DNA of 64,000 bases from Escherichia phage arall. A program made the position numbers and the translations under genes. Below the pieces are notes generated by a model, which had not been told where the DNA came from, did not search any database, and worked only from the letters and a program-made list of their open reading frames with translations. The stretch lies in the sequence record MN850584.1; one strand, given 5' to 3'. Below, one piece after another: positions 17,989 to 25,723 of the stretch (its first letter is position 1; each line of letters starts with the position of its first letter).

Positions 17989-19950
17989 GTGATTTTAACA
18001 CGTCCAAATAGTGCCATTGCAGACATGGTAGAGTCTCGCTATAGAAAGCGTAGAAGTTTTGCAAGTGGTTTTACCTTAAGAGATGCTCGTGAAGCATTGC
18101 TCTTTGAAACTGACGGTAACTACTATCAGTGGAAAGGTTCTCTACCTAAAGTTGTACCTGCTAACTCTACTCCTACATCTACTGGAGGGATTTCAGATAC
18201 AGCTTGGAAAAATGTGGGTAATGCAGATGACATTGCTCAAATAGAATCAGAATTAGATGCTATTGAAGCTGAAATTGAAGATCTTAGAGAATCCATCCCA
18301 GAAGCTGGTAAATCAGCTTACCAAATTGCCGTAGACAATGGTTTCCAAGGTACTGAGACACAGTGGTTGGCTTCTTTAAAAGGTGATCCAGGTGCTCCAT
18401 TAAAGCTACTAGGGACGCTATCTAATACCAACCAATTACCTACAACTGGAAACAATGCAGGGGATGCATGGATTGTAGGCGAGAATATGTATGCTTGGGA
18501 TGGTACTGCTTGGAGAAAAGTAAACTCACAGGGGCCAGAAGGTAAATCTGCTTATGAAGTATGGCTTGCAGCAGGAAACGAAGGTACAGAACTAGATTAT
18601 CTTGCCGCAATTAAAGGTGATAAAGGGGAGCCTGGCTCAGAGGGGCCACAAGGTGTGCCAGGTAATAATGCTAATGGTTTTGATTACCAAGGCGCAGCTA
18701 ATTCCGTTTCAGATCTTCCTTCTGCATCTCCTGGAAACACATCTCAAGCATGGAGTATTGGTACATATCTATACGTGTCAAACGGTGTAGAATGGATCAA
18801 TATGGGCGCTATAGTGGGGCCAAAAGGAGATAAAGGCGACAAAGGAGATAAGGGTAACACTGGTGATTCAGCTTATCAAGTCTGGTTAAATGCTGGTAAC
18901 GTTGGTACTATTGACGAATATATTGCCTCTCTGAAAGGAGAAAAAGGTGATAAGGGAGACAAGGGTGATCAAGGTGCACAGGGTATACAAGGCTTGACGG
19001 GGCCAACTGGTGCAGGGTTGACCATTATTGATATTCTGACTAACACTTCTGAACTACCACAAACTGGAGAAGATGGTGATGGTTATCTAATCAATAATGA
19101 ACTTTGGGTCTGGTTGCAAGGAGCCACAGAGTGGACAAATGTTGGTCGTTTAGCTGGTACTCCAATCACTGCAAAAGGACACGTTGTGTCTGCAAGTGCG
19201 CTTCCTCCTACAGCCAATTACGGTGATGCTTATCTGACGGAAGATACAGGTCATCTTTACATTTACACCTATAATGAACTAACTCAAACTGCTGAATATG
19301 TAGATATGGGTAGTTTGAAAGGTGATAAGGGTGAAAAAGGTGACGCTGGTACTAACGGTACAGACGGTGCAACTTGGATTGTTAAAACAACAGATCCAAT
19401 CTCTAGTGATGGTAAACAAGGTGATTATGCCTTTAATATCTCCACTGGCGAGGTGTTCTTAAAAACATCTGCAACTATCTGGATTTCTCAAGGTACACTA
19501 CCTAGTATCACAGATGCACCTAGTGATGGTAAGACTTATGCTCGTAAAGATGGAGCATGGGAAGAACTCACTAATTCTGTAGATGGTCAAGATATAGTTC
19601 CAACAAAAGTAACAACTAATTTTATAGAGGTTACAGCATATACTAACAATTCTGTTACAGGGGACTGGACACCTCCAGGAACACATAACATGAATGTGTT
19701 GAATCTTACTGGTAACTCTACTATAAAAGCATGGCCTGGTGTCGAAGATAGCACAAAACCTAAACCATTCTCTGCAATAGTTTATCTTATCCAAGATGCC
19801 ACTGGAGGTCGTACTGTTACTTTAGATCCATCTTACAAAGTAATTGGTTCCAGTGATATTAATACAAATCCTAACGGAGTAACAATACTACAACTAACAT
19901 ATTGTGGTGTTGGCGATTACGTGGATGCTATTGTTGCTAAACGCACATAA
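17989..19950 (+). CDS. tail fiber protein with collagen-like repeats
   Basis: 653 aa; GTG start after AAGGAG; G-X-Y runs (GPKGDKGDKGDKGNTG, GEKGDKGDKGDQGAQGIQGLTGPTGAG, GDKGEKGDAGTNGTDG) interleaved with three copies of a ~30-aa SAYQ…LKG module. Confidence 0.55.
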   Translation: MILTRPNSAIADMVESRYRKRRSFASGFTLRDAREALLFETDGNYYQWKGSLPKVVPANSTPTSTGGISDTAWKNVGNADDIAQIESELDAIEAEIEDLRESIPEAGKSAYQIAVDNGFQGTETQWLASLKGDPGAPLKLLGTLSNTNQLPTTGNNAGDAWIVGENMYAWDGTAWRKVNSQGPEGKSAYEVWLAAGNEGTELDYLAAIKGDKGEPGSEGPQGVPGNNANGFDYQGAANSVSDLPSASPGNTSQAWSIGTYLYVSNGVEWINMGAIVGPKGDKGDKGDKGNTGDSAYQVWLNAGNVGTIDEYIASLKGEKGDKGDKGDQGAQGIQGLTGPTGAGLTIIDILTNTSELPQTGEDGDGYLINNELWVWLQGATEWTNVGRLAGTPITAKGHVVSASALPPTANYGDAYLTEDTGHLYIYTYNELTQTAEYVDMGSLKGDKGEKGDAGTNGTDGATWIVKTTDPISSDGKQGDYAFNISTGEVFLKTSATIWISQGTLPSITDAPSDGKTYARKDGAWEELTNSVDGQDIVPTKVTTNFIEVTAYTNNSVTGDWTPPGTHNMNVLNLTGNSTIKAWPGVEDSTKPKPFSAIVYLIQDATGGRTVTLDPSYKVIGSSDINTNPNGVTILQLTYCGVGDYVDAIVAKRT

Positions 19951-19952
19951 TC

Positions 19953-19978
19953 AAAGCCCCTTCGGGGGCTTATTATTT
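19953..19978 (+). terminator. rho-independent terminator
   Basis: AAAGCCCC-TTCG-GGGGCTT hairpin followed by ATTATTT. Confidence 0.6.
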
Positions 19979-19989
19979 AAGGAGATTAA

Positions 19990-21876
19990 ATGTATCCTAT
20001 TCCTTTATTTATGTCAACAACATCAGCTTCAGTAGTAACAGCTACATCTATAACTACTTCCTCTATTGGTATTGCAATAGTTGGTGGTAAAAAACAACTG
20101 ACATACACAGTTACACCGGAAGATGGTGCATTATTTGATATAGCTTTTTCATCTTCAGATAATACCAAAATGGTTATAGATAATAGTGGTATGATGGAGT
20201 TTGTTGCCGAAGGTAGTTTTGATGCAATAATGACAGCTAAAAATAATTTAGGTGCTGTCTTAACTGATCAATCTGGTGGTTATGCTTCAGAATTAAGTGT
20301 GTACACTGAAAGTCTATCGGCTATGGATGTAGGCACTACTCAACAGTTGGTTGCTACAATCAGTCCAGAAGGTGCTAAAGACCTTCCAGATATGGTAATT
20401 ACATACACCACAACAGATCCAGAAGTAGCTACTGTAAGCCCTACAGGGTTAATAACTGCTCTTAAAGATGGCGGTTGCCGTATAGGTTGTACTGCAACGT
20501 ATCAAGGAACAGTTGTGGCCTCTGATAGGTCTTATTTAGGTGTTAATGCTATTCCTGTTATTTCTAATGTAACAGCCGTGGCAAACAGTTATGGAGACGT
20601 TCGTGTTGCTTGGGATGTAACTGATTCGCTAGACGGTGATACTTATACTGTAGAAGTATTAGATTTAAGTAATAATAGTGTTCAGTGGACTACAACAACC
20701 ACGAATACTCATGCTTACTTTGATATCTCTGACTCTATTCCTCTTTATGGGTTTGCTCCAACATACCTTAAAATTAGCGTTAAGAGCACCAAAGCAGCAG
20801 CCGTTATCTTTAATAACTCAATAGCTACAGATGATTCGTTCATTAAAGAAGTTATTGTCTTTGCTGGACAAGATAACGTAAATGCACACTTTACAGAACT
20901 ATCTGGTGCAAATAAAGCAGCAATGAGTAGCACAACAGCCCGTAATGCATATGCTACGCAACGTGGTTTAGCAAATGCTGAAGTTCTTCCGTTAAATACA
21001 GCTTCTGGATCATCAGCAGCAGATAAATATGCTGACGATAAAGCTGGAACAGGTACACCAGACAACTACTGGTATGATCTGGATAACACAGCAGATGGGC
21101 CATGCTTAACTAATTTTATCACTAAAGTCACACCTTATGCAAGTAAGGTTAAAGCGATTATTTGGGGACAAGGTGAAAATGATGCTGTATCAGCATCTTC
21201 AACTGTTGCAGGTAGGTACAGTAACACTACACGTTACCATGATGCTACGATAGCCATCTTTGATAAGATGCGTACAATAGTTCCTGCTTCTCAAGCAAAA
21301 ATTGTTTGGCAGATCCTAGGACGTTCTTATTTATATGGTGTAGAAGTTAATGGTGTGGATTGGCAGAAGTACAGAAATGTACAAAGAACCATCTCTACAG
21401 CACGTGATGATGTTATCATTGGTTCTTGGGTAGATGGTGCTGAACGTTACAGTGGTTATGTTTATGAAGAAGGTATTGATGGTCGTATCCATTATATTTC
21501 TTCTGTATACCAAACAGCAGCTACAAAACTTGCTAAATCGGCAGCAGACGGTACAGACTTAACATCAGCGTCACCTGTTTGGGTTGATATGTCTGTTCCA
21601 ACAGGAGGAGCCGCTGTAAGACAAGCTAACCAAGATGCAATTATCTCTTGGGAACCAGCAGGATATACTAAACATTACTTCCGAAATGTAAACGTCCTCA
21701 CAGCAGCAACTCTTACAGAACAAACCCTGGATACTAACACTTACACATTTACTTATGCAGATCAGGTTGAACAATATGGATTTGCAGCAGGTACAACAGC
21801 GTTTGATGTTGCACACTATGATGCTGATAATGACGTGTTATCACCTCTTGTCAGATTTACAGTCAATGTTACATAA
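19990..21876 (+). CDS. receptor-binding/tail protein with putative carbohydrate-esterase (SASA/DUF303-like) domain
   Basis: 628 aa; AAGGAG RBS; N-terminal Thr/Ser-rich Ig-like region; VFAGQDNVNAHF and IIWGQGENDA resemble the GQSN / WxQGE blocks of sialate O-acetylesterase-like domains. Confidence 0.45.
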   Translation: MYPIPLFMSTTSASVVTATSITTSSIGIAIVGGKKQLTYTVTPEDGALFDIAFSSSDNTKMVIDNSGMMEFVAEGSFDAIMTAKNNLGAVLTDQSGGYASELSVYTESLSAMDVGTTQQLVATISPEGAKDLPDMVITYTTTDPEVATVSPTGLITALKDGGCRIGCTATYQGTVVASDRSYLGVNAIPVISNVTAVANSYGDVRVAWDVTDSLDGDTYTVEVLDLSNNSVQWTTTTTNTHAYFDISDSIPLYGFAPTYLKISVKSTKAAAVIFNNSIATDDSFIKEVIVFAGQDNVNAHFTELSGANKAAMSSTTARNAYATQRGLANAEVLPLNTASGSSAADKYADDKAGTGTPDNYWYDLDNTADGPCLTNFITKVTPYASKVKAIIWGQGENDAVSASSTVAGRYSNTTRYHDATIAIFDKMRTIVPASQAKIVWQILGRSYLYGVEVNGVDWQKYRNVQRTISTARDDVIIGSWVDGAERYSGYVYEEGIDGRIHYISSVYQTAATKLAKSAADGTDLTSASPVWVDMSVPTGGAAVRQANQDAIISWEPAGYTKHYFRNVNVLTAATLTEQTLDTNTYTFTYADQVEQYGFAAGTTAFDVAHYDADNDVLSPLVRFTVNVT

Positions 21877-21881
21877 ACAAA

Positions 21882-21909
21882 AAGGAGCCAATAGGCTCCT
21901 TTTCTTTTA
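21882..21909. terminator. bidirectional terminator at convergent gene junction
   Basis: AAAGGAGCC-AATA-GGCTCCTTT hairpin with T-tracts on both sides; + gene ends 21876, - gene ends 21912. Confidence 0.6.
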
Positions 21910-21911
21910 TC

Positions 21912-22343
21912 TTAATCAGTGAAAATTACGCTTACATCTTCTTTAGAGAAGAGTTTATGATCTTCACCTTTTGTCTCAAGAGTTTCATACAGGTTAAGAA
22001 GTTCTGAAACATCTTTCTCTACCAGTTTCTTCAATGTTGCAATTTTCTGTTTGCGACTCTTAATACGTTCAGCTACAACCTTACGCTGGTATCCGGCAGT
22101 ACGATAACCTGAGAAAGTTACACCAGTGAGACTTGCAGTTACAGGATCGTAGTGACGTTCAATCTGAAATTTATTAAAAGGTACAGCGTCATCACGAATA
22201 ATCTTACCGCCATTACTTACTTGACGAAGACCAGTAACTTGTTCCAGTCGTGCCATAGAAATCTTTGGAGACAGACCAGAGTCCAGGTTCATACCGTTGT
22301 TAATCAGTGCTTTCAGGGTGATTTTGCTGTTCAGTGTACTCAT
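21912..22343 (-). CDS. hypothetical protein
   Basis: 143 aa; GGAGG 9 nt upstream of ATG; start lies inside the 3' end of the methyltransferase gene (44-nt overlap). Confidence 0.45.
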   Translation of the reverse strand: MSTLNSKITLKALINNGMNLDSGLSPKISMARLEQVTGLRQVSNGGKIIRDDAVPFNKFQIERHYDPVTASLTGVTFSGYRTAGYQRKVVAERIKSRKQKIATLKKLVEKDVSELLNLYETLETKGEDHKLFSKEDVSVIFTD

Positions 22344-23031
22344 TTAGTCGTTCCTCCGCTTGCTTAAAAATATTTACATCGGCTTCACAGCCTAAGTATT
22401 CTCTACCTGTTAAAAGTGCCGCAACTTGTGTTGTTGCACTTCCAGAGAAGAAGTCTAAGACTACATCTCCTTCGTTGGTGTGTATATTAATAAGGTCACA
22501 AAACAAAGTCAAGTGTTTTTGTGTTGGATGAAAACGATCTGCTCCTTGATAGATAGGATACTCAAACACACCCTTATGGTAGGAAGCATTGAAGGTTGGC
22601 TTCGAACCTTTAACACAAACAATAGCCATCTCTTTAGCGTTACTAAGATAGTTAACACCGCTGTTGATGGGTACAGGGTTTGTTTTAATCCATTCAATAG
22701 TACGGAACATACGAAAACCAAGCGGTTCAAGGATTTCACGTAGCTCCTGGATCTTCCAGATATCATACCAAACTATGCAAGTACCACCTTTTCTAAGCAC
22801 CCTATAGGCTTCTTTGAATACTTCTTTAAAGTAAGGAATATCTACAACATCCCAATCACCAAAGTTGTAAGATACACGGAATCTATCCGTATCTTTTCCA
22901 GTCGGCTCTCCAGATTGAAAATTTGTGTCACGAGAAATAGCATATGGTGGGTCAGTAAGAATCAAATCTACACTATTGCTTTCGAGGGTTTGCAGGTAGT
23001 TTAATGCGGTGTTGTTTACAAATTCGCTCAT
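22300..23031 (-). CDS. DNA methyltransferase (beta-class N6-adenine or N4-cytosine)
   Basis: 243 aa; motif IV LILTDPPYAIS (DPPY) precedes motif I VLDFFSGSATT, the beta-class order. Confidence 0.75.
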   Translation of the reverse strand: MSEFVNNTALNYLQTLESNSVDLILTDPPYAISRDTNFQSGEPTGKDTDRFRVSYNFGDWDVVDIPYFKEVFKEAYRVLRKGGTCIVWYDIWKIQELREILEPLGFRMFRTIEWIKTNPVPINSGVNYLSNAKEMAIVCVKGSKPTFNASYHKGVFEYPIYQGADRFHPTQKHLTLFCDLINIHTNEGDVVLDFFSGSATTQVAALLTGREYLGCEADVNIFKQAEERLNEYTEQQNHPESTD

Positions 23032-23040
23032 TATATCTCC

Positions 23041-23069
23041 TTCAAAGAAAAGGAGCCGTTAGGCTCCTT
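23041..23069 (-). terminator. rho-independent terminator
   Basis: AAGGAGCC-N4-GGCTCCTT hairpin, T-rich on - strand; near-identical to the hairpin at 21882. Confidence 0.55.
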
Positions 23070-23091
23070 ATATTCACACAATATTTAACTA

Positions 23092-24039
23092 TTAGAAACA
23101 GTGCAGGAAGTTTCGACCATACTGCAAACCGATAGGAGCAAATGGGATATCATCATCGAAATCTTGAATAACAGGTTCTGGTTCTTTCGGTGCTGGCTCT
23201 TTCTTCTCTACTTTTTTAGTTTCTTTCTTAACTTCTTGTACTGGGGTAGACATTCCACGGATAGCAGCAGCCACTTTATCAGACAAAGCAAGAACTTCAC
23301 GAGCAGCTTCAATAATCTCTTCTGCCGTTACAGTTTTACCTGTATGATCACGACAAGCGTTAAGAATTGCGTGTCCAACTGAAGCACCAAGATCATAGTC
23401 AGTCACATCAACGCCACGATCTTTAGCAATTTCAGCTTTCAGAGTAACAGTTGCAGATTGTACCACACCAGCCAAGTCGAAAGCATCACCTTTCACACCA
23501 GCACGTAGAAGCTCCAGAGCGCCGTTTACAGCGTGTCCTGTTTCGATCCCTACGGTATCACGTTTTTTGTAGTTAGGCTTGCTACCGTCATTATTAGATG
23601 GCTTATTTCCACCTTTTGAAGAGGATTGTGCTTGCTGAACACCTTCTGTTGAAAGAATAGTGATTTTACCTTTAGAGGAGTTGTAGTATGTTTTGCCATT
23701 CCATTCAGAAGGTTTAACATCCATAGTTAGTTCTACACCTTTTTCGATAGTAACCCACTTATCACCATCTTTAACTTGCAGGTTTTCATGTTCTGGGTGC
23801 AGTTTAACTTCACCTAGGCTAACCCAAACACCTTTATCATCAGCACCAGCACCTTTCTCTTTAATAAGCAGAGATGCTTTGTGAGTTGATTCAATTTTCT
23901 TATCTGGCTGACCTGCAACCTTAATATAAGAGACTTTCATTTCATCAAACTTATCTAGTTTGACATATTCAACAATACCTTCAGCCCAGAATGCTTCTTT
24001 TTTAGTACGACGGTCGATTTCAGAATTAATTACTGGCAT
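23092..24039 (-). CDS. ssDNA-binding-like protein carrying an SSB C-terminal-type acidic motif
   Basis: 315 aa; …QDFDDDIPF matches the bacterial SSB tip (DFDDDIPF) but is followed by 15 more residues (APIGLQYGRNFLHCF); OB-fold not verified. Confidence 0.4.
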   Translation of the reverse strand: MPVINSEIDRRTKKEAFWAEGIVEYVKLDKFDEMKVSYIKVAGQPDKKIESTHKASLLIKEKGAGADDKGVWVSLGEVKLHPEHENLQVKDGDKWVTIEKGVELTMDVKPSEWNGKTYYNSSKGKITILSTEGVQQAQSSSKGGNKPSNNDGSKPNYKKRDTVGIETGHAVNGALELLRAGVKGDAFDLAGVVQSATVTLKAEIAKDRGVDVTDYDLGASVGHAILNACRDHTGKTVTAEEIIEAAREVLALSDKVAAAIRGMSTPVQEVKKETKKVEKKEPAPKEPEPVIQDFDDDIPFAPIGLQYGRNFLHCF

Positions 24040-24055
24040 AAATTCTCCTCTATAA

Positions 24056-24454
24056 TTACATTACTTTAACACAAAACTCTCGTAAAAGAGTAGCGTCAGT
24101 TTCTTCCAACAGGTATTTACCAAGACCAATACCAAATCCTATTTCACCACTTTCAAAATGGAGGATTTGTATCTTTTCTCCACCAAGGTTAATTACTTTT
24201 GCTTTTCCAGGATTATCCAAAACATCTCGTATTGTATCCTGTAGTAACATTAGTTCACGTTTTGTGATAGTGGTTTCAGATATCTCTTTGTCTTCTACCC
24301 GCACTGTTAAACGGTTGTATCCACCAAAGAGACATAGTATTTGAATAAAAAAGGTATTATCTTGAGGTTCAACATCTTTTTTAGTTAGTTCAAGACGATT
24401 AGTTTCTCTACTGTAGAACGTCTCGACTAAGATTTTAGAACGATTGTCTGTCAT
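24056..24454 (-). CDS. hypothetical protein
   Basis: 132 aa ORF with GAGGA RBS. Confidence 0.45.
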   Translation of the reverse strand: MTDNRSKILVETFYSRETNRLELTKKDVEPQDNTFFIQILCLFGGYNRLTVRVEDKEISETTITKRELMLLQDTIRDVLDNPGKAKVINLGGEKIQILHFESGEIGFGIGLGKYLLEETDATLLREFCVKVM

Positions 24455-24509
24455 TCAAGTCCTCATAATAACACATAATTGTAAGGTTTGTCAACACTTA
24501 AATCTTAAA

Positions 24510-25112
24510 TTATTCGTTGTTAAATGAATCCAGTGTACGTACTTCTGGTTCTTTGGGAATGAAAACGTCTTTTACAAAGCGGAACATAGGGAAACGTTCT
24601 GCCATTTTACGGACGTGTGCTTCTTTACCTGTGTATCGGTGATTAATAGTGCAAATATTAGTTTTCAATGCAAATTCAAAATCTGGATGATATACATAAT
24701 TTTGACCATCCCAGTAACACAGGCAAATAGCTACGTCAAAGTTCCATACGATTTCACTGCGTACACCCTCTTCCATGATCATAAAGTTAAACTTAAGATC
24801 TTTATAGTATGCTTCAAATACCCATTTCAAATGTGGTAGTTCGGCATAAGTGTGTTCTGTTTGCTTAGTGAGTTGTTTAACATTACGTGCACCAACACCC
24901 AACATCAAAAACTTCTCTACTAGCACGAGTGTATTATGGTTAGGCATACGCAAGTAAATGTCAATGTCTTGTGCAGGTTTCTCTAATCGCCAATCACGTA
25001 CAGCGCCGCCAGCTACAATTGCAAACGGATCTACCAGTTGGCACATACGTAATACTTCTAAAGCGCGTACTTTTTGATCTTCAATATTCATATTTTCTCC
25101 TATCGTGTCCAC
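24510..25112 (-). CDS. pol-beta superfamily nucleotidyltransferase, CCA-adding/poly(A) polymerase head-domain-like
   Basis: 200 aa; IVAGGAVRDWRLEKPAQDIDIY matches the GGxVRD…DxD motif of the CCA/PAP head domain. Confidence 0.5.
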   Translation of the reverse strand: MDTIGENMNIEDQKVRALEVLRMCQLVDPFAIVAGGAVRDWRLEKPAQDIDIYLRMPNHNTLVLVEKFLMLGVGARNVKQLTKQTEHTYAELPHLKWVFEAYYKDLKFNFMIMEEGVRSEIVWNFDVAICLCYWDGQNYVYHPDFEFALKTNICTINHRYTGKEAHVRKMAERFPMFRFVKDVFIPKEPEVRTLDSFNNE

Positions 25113-25696
25113 TCTTTATGTTGTTCTACATGCTCAAGCATTTCATTATACAGTGCTTTAAGATGTGGAACAACTCTTTCATCTTCAGTTTCAAAGAATT
25201 TTGTAAGCTGCTCTGCCTTAGCTTTCAACCAGCAAAGATGCGCTTCAATTTCAGTATTAAAACGTCCCAGCGTTTTCATGCGATCATCTACTTTTATATT
25301 GGCTTTGTATTTATTACGATCTTTTTCGTAACTACAGCCTACCATAGTTCCATGAGATCTTTTACTTACTCTATAAGCTAAGAACTTATTAAGATCTCCT
25401 GTTACTAAAAGACAGGTATCGGGAGAGTAAACCCTCCCTCCTATAATATCTTTATCAAGTTCTAAGTTTTCCCAGTTTTCCCAAGTTTGCAACCAGGAGT
25501 AGAAATTTGAGAACAGTTTCCATTCTTCACAAACCGTCACCCCCTTATAACAAGGATCACGTTCTTGTTGGCAAGGGGAGTAACACCTCCCCAGCATAGC
25601 CATCCATTTCATATAATGCGGCGTTAGTTTCTTACTACCAGGTAGCGTACTCTCGCCTTGCAAATCATTAATACCTTCACCATATACGGTAAGCAT
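25100..25696 (-). CDS. free-standing homing endonuclease-like protein (AP2 DNA-binding domain type)
   Basis: 198 aa; N-terminal MKWMAMLGRCYSP…YKGVTVCEEWKLFSNFYSW and C-terminal GCSYEKDRNKYKANIKVDDRMKTLGRFNTEIEA (AP2-like) typical of phage HNH/AP2 endonucleases; abuts polymerase gene. Confidence 0.5.
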   Translation of the reverse strand: MLTVYGEGINDLQGESTLPGSKKLTPHYMKWMAMLGRCYSPCQQERDPCYKGVTVCEEWKLFSNFYSWLQTWENWENLELDKDIIGGRVYSPDTCLLVTGDLNKFLAYRVSKRSHGTMVGCSYEKDRNKYKANIKVDDRMKTLGRFNTEIEAHLCWLKAKAEQLTKFFETEDERVVPHLKALYNEMLEHVEQHKEWTR

Positions 25697-25723
25697 AAAA
25701 ACTCCTTTAAAATCAAAGAGATG

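Noticed and set aside
18820-18990. Possible tandem-repeat or CRISPR-like array from repeated GGTGATAAAGG-type units
   Set aside because: The repeats are in-frame codons for collagen-like G-X-Y tracts inside a tail-fiber gene; there are no spacer-repeat periodicity and no cas genes.
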